From an uncultured Candidatus Saccharibacteria bacterium (GTDB lineage: Bacteria > Patescibacteriota > Minisyncoccia > 2-02-FULL-40-12): DNA of 64,000 nt. Below the pieces are notes generated by a model, which was not told the origin of the DNA, searched no databases, and saw only the letters and a program-made list of their open reading frames with translations. Within the stretch, counting starts at the first letter, position 1. The number at the start of each line of letters is the position of its first letter. Positions 45,453 through 54,183 of the stretch are shown here, in pieces. The position numbers and the translations under genes are program-made. The DNA lies in assembly GCA_964368135.1 (NCBI GenBank), contig CAYIZI010000001.1:42926-106925 (forward strand). The letters are read 5' to 3'.

Positions 45453-46364
45453 TTAATTATTCTTACAAAAATCTTTGACGTAATTTATGTCTTCCTGGGA
45501 CAGCTTCGGCCAATACGAACTCACCAGCCACTTGCCGCCTAACATCACTGAATTACTGTTAAAAGCTTCCTGCGTCTTCAGATTGGACAGACCAATGGCG
45601 TGACCAAAACCGTGAATCATTTCTCTTATCAAGGCGGATTCTATTAATTTCCCTTCATCTGCTAAACTGCCTAAATAAACATTACTGTTGGCTGCATAGT
45701 CAAATAAGGCCGTAAAAATATTCAGCATAAAATGATCCACGGTTCCATTGCTATATATCTTTTGATACGAAACATCAGTATAATCATAATCTTCCCCATT
45801 CTTAAATTTAAAGGCCGGGTCAAGAATAAAGTTAACCGTATTTACGGTTCCTTGGTAATTATTGAATAAATCAATACCCAAAGCATCTTCCCACTGTTTT
45901 TCGGCATAACCGAGAAGCTCGTTAAGCCGCTGGCGGCTATAACCCAGTTCAAATAATCTCACATCAACATTCCCTAATTTGTAGGTTAGTTGAATTGAAC
46001 AATGAGCCGGAGGCGGCAGAGGCGTAGGCGTGGGAGTTGGAGTTGGGGTCGGAGTTGGAGTTGGGGTCGGTTTCGGAACTGGTTTTGGTTTTTGCGTAGA
46101 ACTTGGAGTAGAAACCGGCCCAATCGGCGATTCAGACGGTTCTGACGTAGCCGATGGACTTAAAATAGGAGTCGGCGTCGGAGTTGATTCTTCAAATAAT
46201 TGGGCAATGAGGGCCGCCGGGTTATTATCAGTATTCATTATCTTACTTAAACCAAAAGTAAATCCGACTGAAATAATCAATGCAAAAGCAGGAACTAATA
46301 CAGACAGTGGGATGAAACCTGACTTTATGCTTATTATTTTTTTGTTTTTGTTGGTTTTATTCAT
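45453..46364 (-). CDS. Membrane-anchored secreted protein with a Pro/Thr-repeat linker and a degenerate zincin-like domain
   Basis: N-terminal TM, KPKPVPKPTPTPTPTPTPTPTPTPLPPP linker, C-terminal REMIHGFGHAIGL resembling a metzincin motif without its first His. Confidence 0.5.
   Translation of the reverse strand: MNKTNKNKKIISIKSGFIPLSVLVPAFALIISVGFTFGLSKIMNTDNNPAALIAQLFEESTPTPTPILSPSATSEPSESPIGPVSTPSSTQKPKPVPKPTPTPTPTPTPTPTPTPLPPPAHCSIQLTYKLGNVDVRLFELGYSRQRLNELLGYAEKQWEDALGIDLFNNYQGTVNTVNFILDPAFKFKNGEDYDYTDVSYQKIYSNGTVDHFMLNIFTALFDYAANSNVYLGSLADEGKLIESALIREMIHGFGHAIGLSNLKTQEAFNSNSVMLGGKWLVSSYWPKLSQEDINYVKDFCKNN
46033..46068. repeat. Perfect 18-nt tandem duplication built from GGAGTT/GGGGTC hexamers; encodes the (TP)n linker
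   Basis: ggagttggagttggggtc x2, read directly; coding, not a CRISPR array. Confidence 0.7.
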
Positions 46365-46370
46365 ATTTTT

Positions 46371-49300
46371 TTACTTACTGATTATTGATAAAAACGCCTT
46401 GCTTGTTTTACTCCAGTCAAAATTACTGGCCCATTTTACTGCTTCCTGGCTCATCCGGTCGCGGAGATCCTTGTCTCGAATTATCGTTAAGATACTCTCC
46501 GCGAATGCATCGCTATTGCCGTAAGAAACAAGGCGGCCAGTTTCCATATTTTTCACAGAATCCCTTAAGCCCGGTACGTCAGAAGCCACTATCGGGGTGC
46601 CGCAAGCATTGGCTTCAATCGTGGTAATGCCCCACCCTTCCATAAACGAAGGATTTACAAATACCCAGGCTTTTTGAAAAAGTTCTATTTTCTCTTTTTC
46701 AGAAACCTTTCCTCTAAATACTACTTTGCCGTTAAGATTAAGTTCAGAGGCTAATCTTTTTAACGAATTTTCTTCTTCGCCGCTGCCGACAATGACCAAC
46801 CGGGCATCATCAACTTGTCTTATAACCTTTTCAAAAGCTCTTACTAAAACATCAACCGACTTATAGGCTTTAAGCCTTCCCAAATAAAGAATAGTCGGTT
46901 CCGGACTCTTTCTCCCAAGAGTTAAATTTTTAGAATTGACTCCGGGATGGACTATTTCAATTCCTTTCTTAGTTCCAAGGCCAAAACTCTGAATATCTTT
47001 TTTGCTTGATTCCGAAACCGTAATAAACTTTACATTCCGGTAGACTATGGGCATCAAATCCTTCTCTAAAAATATTGCCAGCTTTGCTAAGGGTTTAGGC
47101 AAAGAATGCCTGAAGACTTCCTGATGGATATGATGGATAAGACAATAAATCGGCTTCCTTGAATAGATGGGCGTAAAAAAAGGAATGCCGTTATGACAAT
47201 CAACTATGATGTCATATTTGCCTCTGAATTGGGTCAGGTAGTAAATAAAAGCCCAGAGGTAAACAAAGTAAAACCCGCCTCTTCTTATGATTTCAACCCC
47301 ATCTATAATTTCTCTTCTCTTTGAATAACTGTCATTGCCGCAAAAAACAGTGACCTGGTGTCCATCCTTGACCCACTGTTTGGCGATTTCGTGGACATAA
47401 AGTTCTGCTCCGCCACCATATATATGCCTTGTGTCTCTCCAGTTAAATATAAGAATCCTCTTGCCGAGCTTCGCCATCGGAGCCTCGGTTTCAATAGGTC
47501 TAAACGCATCTTTCAAATCAATAATGCCCCTCCAGACAAACTTAAGCCTGCCCTCAAGTACGTGGAATAAATAAACCAGGCCCAACCCAAAGATGCTGGC
47601 CCATAAAATAACATTGACTATCTCTTCGACGCTGCCGTGATTTAGGATTATGCCGATAGACATAAACAATGAAGCAGTCATTGAAATAATCGGGAATATA
47701 AATTGCCTTTTAGCCAAATGATAGACGACTATAGAATTTGAAATCGTGAAAACAGTAAGCGCGAGAGTGTAAATATTAAGATAAGGCAGAATGGCCAGCG
47801 TCTTGGAGCCAAAAAGTATCGGCACGGTTAAATTGCCCAGAGGGCCCAAAAAAATAAACCCGGCTAATGACAAAAGGACGGTTGAACCAACCAGCAGCTC
47901 AAATGTCTTTTTAGTATTTCTCTTTAATCCCTCGTCTCGGCCAATCAAAGTAATCATAAATATATTGGGCAGAGAGCCGAGAAAATATATCATCTTGCCG
48001 ACAAGCGATATTAGAGTGTACTCGCCGGCCAAACGCGGCGATAAAAAGTGTTTGACTAAAATAATGTCAATGCTTAAAAATATCGTCGCCGACATTAAAG
48101 TAAGTATTGAGGCGTAGAAAAACCTGCCCGGAAACTTATGGTTTTTAGTCTGAATAAAATCTTCAGAATGCCTTGAAACAGCCAAAACAGAAGCCATTGA
48201 AGCAACCGCTATGGATATCGGAATTGAAAGATAAACTAAATGATTTAACCCATACCAGGCGAAAAGAGCCGCCGCAATAAACTTACTTACTGATTCAAAA
48301 AGAATAACGAAAGCAACACTGGTAAAGTAAAGATTGCCATTAAGAAACCCCCTGTTTGCCGACGCAATCACTCCCAAAGTCAGAACCGGAGTGAACATAA
48401 AAAGGATGGACTGGCTGCTTATGTTAAAGAAATTAGAAAGGAATGAAACTGAAACTATCCACATTACCGATATGCCTAAGGCAATAGGAATTGCTTTGTT
48501 CAAAGTTGATTTGAGAAACGCAAGCGCCGACCCCTCACCCTTTTCAACGGCCAGATGAGCAGTCTTATGGTTTACCGTTGAGGAAACCGCGCCCATAAAT
48601 ATCGCCGCTACTGACCATAAAGTATTAACCAGTATCACTAGACTAAGTTCTTCAAAAGACAAAACCCTTCCCAGGAAAGCGTTAAAAAGAAAATTAAGGA
48701 AATTGGCGAACATCATCGCCGCAATCATAAGCGCCGCTCCCGAAAGAGCATTTTCGGTCAGCGATAACGGCAAAAATTTATTAGTGGTTTTTTTCAGCCA
48801 AGAATCTTTCTTTATAAAATTAAGAGTCAATTCAGGTTTCGGGGCCGGTCCCGATTTTATCGTCCCTAAAACAGGTAAGGGTTTTAATTTCTTTAAATGC
48901 AGGCCGTGCTTGGTCTTTTCCCAGAAATGCGGCTTAATGAAAAGCTGGTAAGTTGCCATTACCGCGGCAATACTCATAAAGAACCAATAGAAAGGTATTA
49001 AAAAGACATATTTTATTATTGGCCAGTGGCCCCTTTTGGCACAGCCGATCATGTAATAGTAAAAATAGAGAAAATTCCCGAAGACCAGAGAAAAAACGGC
49101 GATATAAAAGACCGGGGTCGGATATATTGATTCTATGGTCGGACCGACAACGGAACGCAGGGCGAAATAAGAGATCGTCATAAACCACAAAATTGGATTT
49201 ATAAGCATAAAGACAATTTTGCCGCCGATGTTAAGCTGGAAAAGAAAAGTATGGATGCCGCTTTTTTTCAAAAATTCCATCGGCTTTCTCATATGAACCA

Positions 49301-51047
49301 GATATGTCTGCATATAGCCCTTAATCCACCTTGACCTCTGCCTTATCCAGTTCCAAACCTGACTATTTGCTTCTTCAAGAGTTATTGAATCAATAATCGC
49401 CGTGTTGAAACCCTGTTTAAATAACCGCACCCCCAAGTCGGCGTCTTCGGTAACGTTGAAGGGATCCCAACCCTTAAGATTCCTTAAGTCGGCGGTCCGG
49501 AAATGGTTGCTGGTGCCGCCAAGAGGAATTGAAGTATTAATTGACTGAAGACCCGGCAGAATGATTTCAAACCACAACGAGTACTCGGCCGTAAAAAGCC
49601 GGGTCAAAAGATTTTGATTGGTGTTATAATAATTGAGTTTTGCCTGAAGACATTTAACTTTTTCTGGCACTCTTTGAAAAGCCAAATAAGCTTTCTTAAG
49701 CTGCTGGGGTTCGGGCATATCTTCGGCGTCGTAAACGACAAGATACTCACCCTTGGCTGAATTAAGACCATAATTGCAGGCCTTGGGCTTGGTCTTAGGC
49801 AAAGAGTGAGGAACGATTACTATCCTTACGTAGCTTGGCAAATCTATTGACCTGGCAGTATCTATTGTCTCTAAGTCGTTTTCTTCTAAAAGCAGCTGGA
49901 CATCCAATTTATCCTTAGGCCACTCCAATTTGCTTATTGAATTTAAAAATTTTGGAAGAACCGCTGATTCCCGATAAAGCGGGCAGAGAATCGCATAAAC
50001 CGGCAGAGAACTTTCGTCTATCCGGGAAAGTTCCTCATCAGTAAAACTAAGTTCCGGAGGATTATGCAGACTTTTTGTGATAAGGAATAAATTAAACAAA
50101 ACGTCAAAAAAGTATAGAGAGCTTAAAACAGCCATTAAAGCTATGGCCGTATAGAGCGGGAAAAATAAAAATCCGGCAACAGCCAAAATAACGGATAGAA
50201 ATATTAAAAATTTCTGGCTGGCGGTAAATGTGATTAGGGCCGAGGTTTCACTGTCAAGATTAGAATGAGTAATGAACCTTCTGCCTTTATGGGCCATTCC
50301 GGCGCCGATCATACTTGATTCGTCTTGCGGCGGTATTTGAATCGGCTTTTTCTTTTTTAACTTGTTGGCCAACGCGTTAGTGCCTATTTCCCAACTGGCT
50401 TTTATGACATTGATTTTTGATTCACCGGAATGCCTCTTTTCAAAATCTATATTAACGGTGGCTATTTCATGGCCGGCGTATCTGGCGTTAACCAAGAATT
50501 CCAGATCAAAGGTCCACTGGGACGGATTAACTGCTATTTCCTTGGTTATCTGTTTTTTAAAAACTTTTAACCCTGACTGGACATCGCACTTAAGCCCGTG
50601 AAGAATCCGGCCAAAAACAAAATTAAAACCTTTGCTGGCCAGCTTTCTTAAGGGGCTTATGCCTTTATAACGTCTATTGGCCACAACTACGCCGGCGCCA
50701 TCTCTAATTTTTCTCACCATTTCCGGTATCGCTTCCGGCGGGTACTGCAGGTCAGCGTCAATCATCCCGACAGTGTCATACTTGGCATAATCAAAACCCT
50801 CAAGAATAGAAAAGGCCTTACCCTTTTTGCCTTTCTTCAAATGACAACTAATTGGATATTCGTCGGCCAGATTATTGGCAATCTTAACCGTATTATCGGT
50901 TGAGTGGTCATCTATTGTGACTATTTCATACTCAATACCGCCTTTTTTTAAAGCATTATCAATCCTCTTGACTAACTTCTGGATATTTCCTTCTTCATTA
51001 AAAGTAGGAATAATTATTGATACTTTTTCAGTGTTTTTGGCCTCCAT
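46371..51047 (-). CDS. 1558-aa multi-domain glycan-assembly fusion: GT2 (DPM1-like) + processive QxxRW GT2 + Wzx/MOP-like flippase domain + GT4
   Basis: aa 8-230 GT2 (IIIPTFNEE, DDHSTDN, DADLQYPP); aa ~345-715 cellulose-synthase-like GT2 (DAEDMP, QRSRWIKG, C-terminal TMs); aa ~755-1175 12-14 TM MOP-like; aa ~1195-1558 GT4 (E-x7-E: FMEGWGITTIEANACGTPIV). Confidence 0.75.
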   Translation of the reverse strand: MEAKNTEKVSIIIPTFNEEGNIQKLVKRIDNALKKGGIEYEIVTIDDHSTDNTVKIANNLADEYPISCHLKKGKKGKAFSILEGFDYAKYDTVGMIDADLQYPPEAIPEMVRKIRDGAGVVVANRRYKGISPLRKLASKGFNFVFGRILHGLKCDVQSGLKVFKKQITKEIAVNPSQWTFDLEFLVNARYAGHEIATVNIDFEKRHSGESKINVIKASWEIGTNALANKLKKKKPIQIPPQDESSMIGAGMAHKGRRFITHSNLDSETSALITFTASQKFLIFLSVILAVAGFLFFPLYTAIALMAVLSSLYFFDVLFNLFLITKSLHNPPELSFTDEELSRIDESSLPVYAILCPLYRESAVLPKFLNSISKLEWPKDKLDVQLLLEENDLETIDTARSIDLPSYVRIVIVPHSLPKTKPKACNYGLNSAKGEYLVVYDAEDMPEPQQLKKAYLAFQRVPEKVKCLQAKLNYYNTNQNLLTRLFTAEYSLWFEIILPGLQSINTSIPLGGTSNHFRTADLRNLKGWDPFNVTEDADLGVRLFKQGFNTAIIDSITLEEANSQVWNWIRQRSRWIKGYMQTYLVHMRKPMEFLKKSGIHTFLFQLNIGGKIVFMLINPILWFMTISYFALRSVVGPTIESIYPTPVFYIAVFSLVFGNFLYFYYYMIGCAKRGHWPIIKYVFLIPFYWFFMSIAAVMATYQLFIKPHFWEKTKHGLHLKKLKPLPVLGTIKSGPAPKPELTLNFIKKDSWLKKTTNKFLPLSLTENALSGAALMIAAMMFANFLNFLFNAFLGRVLSFEELSLVILVNTLWSVAAIFMGAVSSTVNHKTAHLAVEKGEGSALAFLKSTLNKAIPIALGISVMWIVSVSFLSNFFNISSQSILFMFTPVLTLGVIASANRGFLNGNLYFTSVAFVILFESVSKFIAAALFAWYGLNHLVYLSIPISIAVASMASVLAVSRHSEDFIQTKNHKFPGRFFYASILTLMSATIFLSIDIILVKHFLSPRLAGEYTLISLVGKMIYFLGSLPNIFMITLIGRDEGLKRNTKKTFELLVGSTVLLSLAGFIFLGPLGNLTVPILFGSKTLAILPYLNIYTLALTVFTISNSIVVYHLAKRQFIFPIISMTASLFMSIGIILNHGSVEEIVNVILWASIFGLGLVYLFHVLEGRLKFVWRGIIDLKDAFRPIETEAPMAKLGKRILIFNWRDTRHIYGGGAELYVHEIAKQWVKDGHQVTVFCGNDSYSKRREIIDGVEIIRRGGFYFVYLWAFIYYLTQFRGKYDIIVDCHNGIPFFTPIYSRKPIYCLIHHIHQEVFRHSLPKPLAKLAIFLEKDLMPIVYRNVKFITVSESSKKDIQSFGLGTKKGIEIVHPGVNSKNLTLGRKSPEPTILYLGRLKAYKSVDVLVRAFEKVIRQVDDARLVIVGSGEEENSLKRLASELNLNGKVVFRGKVSEKEKIELFQKAWVFVNPSFMEGWGITTIEANACGTPIVASDVPGLRDSVKNMETGRLVSYGNSDAFAESILTIIRDKDLRDRMSQEAVKWASNFDWSKTSKAFLSIISK

Positions 51048-51070
51048 TTCTCAAATTTAACCAAATAAAA

Positions 51071-51088
51071 ATCCCATATTATGGGATA
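51071..51088. promoter_or_regulatory. Palindrome ATCCCATA-TT-ATGGGAT 24 nt upstream of the fusion-protein start
   Basis: 8-bp perfect arms read directly; candidate operator or GNAT-gene 3' hairpin. Confidence 0.3.
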
Positions 51089-51146
51089 TTAGGTATCTAT
51101 CTAACCTATCGCCCTACTTTACATCATCTTAATGAAAACAGTCAAG

Positions 51147-51614
51147 TTAGAGGTTTGGCCTGAATTCAAGACGATGAAACTTATGGCCATTATACTGGCC
51201 TGGCTCATCCAGCAGTTGAAAGCCATTTTTTATGTAAAAATCTTTCACGCCGTACTCGTAAAAAGAAGTTGTCCGTAAAATTTTAAAGCCATTTTCCCGA
51301 GCAAATTGTTTGGCAAACTCAATTAGCCTTGAACCGACTCCCTTGGCCTGCCCCCCACTTGCGGGCAAGCGGGGGGCCTGAATATCTTTGGCCACAGCCA
51401 ATGTTTCAATATAAAGCATCTTGTTTCTTTCTCTTAAACTCATTACTCCGGTTGTTTTACCATTCTCTTCGCTTAAATAATACTCCCCTTTCTCAATTTG
51501 CTTCCTAATAAATTTTTCGGTCGTCCACACAAAATCAGGTATCTCTAAATAAAGAACTTGGGCTATTTCAACGACTCTTTCTACATCTTCAGAAACTGCT
51601 TTTCTTATACTCAT
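51147..51614 (-). CDS. GNAT-family N-acetyltransferase
   Basis: Acetyl-CoA motif QAKGVGSRLIEFAKQFA. Confidence 0.7.
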   Translation of the reverse strand: MSIRKAVSEDVERVVEIAQVLYLEIPDFVWTTEKFIRKQIEKGEYYLSEENGKTTGVMSLRERNKMLYIETLAVAKDIQAPRLPASGGQAKGVGSRLIEFAKQFARENGFKILRTTSFYEYGVKDFYIKNGFQLLDEPGQYNGHKFHRLEFRPNL

Positions 51615-52159
51615 TTCTTTAATCTATCCTTGAACTTTTTTCTGAATTTTTCCAGCTTCGGATTAATCACTGCCTGGCAATAAGGCGCCTCTGGATTATG
51701 GGAATAATAATCCTGATGATATTGTTCGGCCGGGTAAAATTTATCAAGCGGCACAATTTCGGTAACGATTGGTTTTTCAAATTCACCCGAATCACCCAAC
51801 CGCTTCTTTGACTCCTCGGCCAACCTCTTTTGTTCATCATCATAGTAAAAAATCATTGACCGATACTGATGACCCACATCCGGCCCCTGGCGGTTTACTT
51901 GGGTCGGATCATGAGTCGCCCAGAAAACTTCCAGTAAATCTGCATAAGAAATCTTTTCCGGGTCATAAGTTATCTGAATGGCTTCGGCATGGCCGGTTCG
52001 GCCGCCGGAAACTTTTTCGTAAGTTGGTTTTTCTTTACCGCCGCCAGCATAACCGTTCTCAACTAAAACTACGCCTTCAAGTTCCTCAAATATTGCCTCT
52101 CCGCACCAAAAACAGCCGGAGGCAAAAGTCGCTTTTTCAAAATTTTTATTTTCACTCAT
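51611..52159 (-). CDS. msrA: Peptide methionine sulfoxide reductase MsrA
   Basis: Active-site ATFASGCFWCGEA. Confidence 0.85.
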   Translation of the reverse strand: MSENKNFEKATFASGCFWCGEAIFEELEGVVLVENGYAGGGKEKPTYEKVSGGRTGHAEAIQITYDPEKISYADLLEVFWATHDPTQVNRQGPDVGHQYRSMIFYYDDEQKRLAEESKKRLGDSGEFEKPIVTEIVPLDKFYPAEQYHQDYYSHNPEAPYCQAVINPKLEKFRKKFKDRLKK

Positions 52160-52587
52160 TGTAAAAATTCTATCATGCCACCAATTCTAATTCCGTTCTT
52201 TTCGGTAAAACCGGCGTTGACTTCCAGAATATATAGGGCCGGCGCTCGCGGTTCAAATACTTCCGGAAACGAATCTGACTGAACATCAGAAGCAATGTCT
52301 ACCACCCGGTAATTTCCGTCCAGCCAAATCACATCAATCGGAAACTTCATATCTTTCATCCAGATGCCGTAGATGCCAGGTTTATCGTGGATAAAAAGAA
52401 GACCGGTGCTCTTATCTAAACTCTCACGGCCGGAAAGGCCTTTAGCTCTTTCGTCAGGCGTATCAGCTATTTCAATAGTGATATCAATATCCCTGACCCC
52501 TGCCATTTCACCTTTATTCTCGTTTCGGCTGAAAACATAAAATCCAAGCCCAATGATAATTACTATTATTAATAATAAAATCTTCAT
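52156..52587 (-). CDS. DUF192-domain protein (COG1430)
   Basis: Signal/TM then LLFIHDKPGIYGIWMKDMKFPIDVIWLDGNYRVV pattern; start trimmed to MKILLL at 52587. Confidence 0.55.
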   Translation of the reverse strand: MKILLLIIVIIIGLGFYVFSRNENKGEMAGVRDIDITIEIADTPDERAKGLSGRESLDKSTGLLFIHDKPGIYGIWMKDMKFPIDVIWLDGNYRVVDIASDVQSDSFPEVFEPRAPALYILEVNAGFTEKNGIRIGGMIEFLQ

Positions 52588-52630
52588 ATATCTTAGATTA
52601 TACCTATGAAATGGGATACTGAAAATTAGA

Positions 52631-52694
52631 ATCATAAAACCGCCTCTTGGGTGGTTTTATGATTTAGTTTACCCACTCATATATGAGTGAGGGG
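52631..52694 (-). terminator. Twin stem-loops downstream of the major pilin gene
   Basis: atcataaaaccgcc-tcttg-ggtggttttatgat (52631-52663, 14-bp stem with one G-U) then U-rich on the minus strand; second hairpin cactcat-at-atgagtg (52673-52688). Confidence 0.6.
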
Positions 52695-52702
52695 TTGCTC
52701 TC

Positions 52703-53179
52703 TTAACGAGTGACTTCGATTATTTGTCCAAGCTCAGCTGAAGGCGCACTAATTGTAACCCTTCCAGCTGAATCAACTTCTAAATCATAGCCAGTATCGT
52801 CTCCTACTGCTGATGTTGGATCTGTAGGAAATGACGGAACGTATGTTGGTGTAAGGCAAGAAAGATCAATATCTCCTGCCACGGCACCAGAAGTAACAAT
52901 ATCGACTGCCGAACCGGCAGCTGGAAGCGATGGACATGTATATGTAGTGCCGCCGATTGTGAATGAACCGCTGAAAATTCCTTTATTATCAGCAATCCTT
53001 TGGCCAACTGAGTTCAAAATAGTGTTAGCATTACTGGTTCTCTGGGTATTTCTGCCTTGGGCAAACTGTCTGGCTGGGTTTATGGCGATCAAGACAATAG
53101 TTGCTAAAATAGCAATAATCCCGATAACTACCAGAATTTCAATAAGGGTAAAGCCCCTATTTTTTCTTTGATTTTTCAT
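52703..53179 (-). CDS. Type IV major pilin (prepilin with class III signal peptide)
   Basis: MKNQRKNRG|FTLIEILVVIGIIAILATIVLIAI canonical prepilin leader and N-methylation domain. Confidence 0.8.
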   Translation of the reverse strand: MKNQRKNRGFTLIEILVVIGIIAILATIVLIAINPARQFAQGRNTQRTSNANTILNSVGQRIADNKGIFSGSFTIGGTTYTCPSLPAAGSAVDIVTSGAVAGDIDLSCLTPTYVPSFPTDPTSAVGDDTGYDLEVDSAGRVTISAPSAELGQIIEVTR

Positions 53180-53239
53180 AATCTCCTGATTTTTTAAACT
53201 ATATCAATTTATCGACCTGATTTTTAAAGATAAAGAGAG

Positions 53240-53266
53240 GTTATAATGGGATATGGGTCTTGTCAA
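53240..53266 (-). promoter_or_regulatory. Candidate sigma-70-type promoter of the major pilin gene
   Basis: Minus strand TTGACA (53266-53261) - 15 nt - TATAAC (53245-53240), then aggag SD before the ATG at 53179. Confidence 0.4.
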
Positions 53267-53269
53267 TAT

Positions 53270-53719
53270 TTATGGAAAATTTCCTATCTCTTCCCAAGAT
53301 TCAACTTCTATTTTGCCAAATGGTTTTGAAACAATTATTTCAAGATTAGTATAGGAACTTTTATTGCCGTCTTGAGGGTATTTGCCTTGAACTTGGATTG
53401 TCTTAGTCCCAGAGCCGGATATTGAATAAATAATACATGAATCATCACCAACCGGAATAGTTTCGCCAGGCGGCGAAAGCGAGTAATCATTAAATTCGTC
53501 ATCATTTAGCGCCTGTAATTTTAAAATCGCGGTGTCGGCGCAGGCCTCGGCCAAGCCAATGCTTTTTTCCTTAAACTCTGAATCAAGAACATTTATCCTG
53601 GCGAAAAAACTGCGAAAGCCCAAAGCAAAAGTAATAGTCATCAAAATAATGGCAATAATGACCGTAGAAATCAAAGCAATATAGCCGTTTTTATTTCCGG
53701 ATAAATTTGGTGGTCTCAT
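53270..53719 (-). CDS. Pilin-like protein with non-canonical N-terminal hydrophobic segment
   Basis: NKNGYIALISTVIIAIILMTITFALG hydrophobic N-terminus without Glu+5; lies in the pilin gene row. Confidence 0.4.
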   Translation of the reverse strand: MRPPNLSGNKNGYIALISTVIIAIILMTITFALGFRSFFARINVLDSEFKEKSIGLAEACADTAILKLQALNDDEFNDYSLSPPGETIPVGDDSCIIYSISGSGTKTIQVQGKYPQDGNKSSYTNLEIIVSKPFGKIEVESWEEIGNFP

Positions 53720-54176
53720 AATAAAAATCATTTAAGTAAAAGTTGGTCTTGACTGCTGGGGGCTGGCCAGTGGCTGAAGGAGGAATATACTCAAAGCTCA
53801 AAGTGGCGGCTTTTACGCTATCGCTGTCTAAGGCCAAAAAAACTCCTATCCCTGGATCAATCTCAATATTTTCGTTAACCAATCTAAATTTGACTCGTTG
53901 GGATAAACCATATTTATCAACTGACAGTTCATCCCCTTCTGGCGGGATAATTATTGGAGTTGGGTTTGATAAATCTATTCCAGTCAACGCCCAATTTATT
54001 TTCCGCAAAACAAAGTTGGCCTCGTCGCTGATTAAAACCTTAATGTTGGAACGGTCGGTTGCTTCAATAACTGAATAAACCGAAACAATCACTCCGGCCA
54101 TTAATAGAGAAAAAAGAGCTATATATATTAGCACTTCAATAATGGTAAATCCATTTTCGTGACTAAATTTAGACAT
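53691..54176 (-). CDS. Type IV minor pilin (prepilin-type N-terminal cleavage/methylation domain)
   Basis: ENG|FTIIEVLIYIALFSLLMAGV; start trimmed to MSKF at 54176. Confidence 0.65.
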   Translation of the reverse strand: MSKFSHENGFTIIEVLIYIALFSLLMAGVIVSVYSVIEATDRSNIKVLISDEANFVLRKINWALTGIDLSNPTPIIIPPEGDELSVDKYGLSQRVKFRLVNENIEIDPGIGVFLALDSDSVKAATLSFEYIPPSATGQPPAVKTNFYLNDFYYETTKFIRK

Positions 54177-54183
54177 CAGAAAA

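Noticed and set aside
46033-46068. Possible CRISPR or tandem-repeat array
   Set aside because: There are only two copies of an 18-mer, inside a coding PT-repeat. There are no spacers.
46030-46524. 164-aa plus-strand ORF beginning with GVGVGVGV
   Set aside because: It is antisense to the (TP)n repeat of the 45453-46364 gene and the start of the fusion gene. The repeat symmetry creates it.
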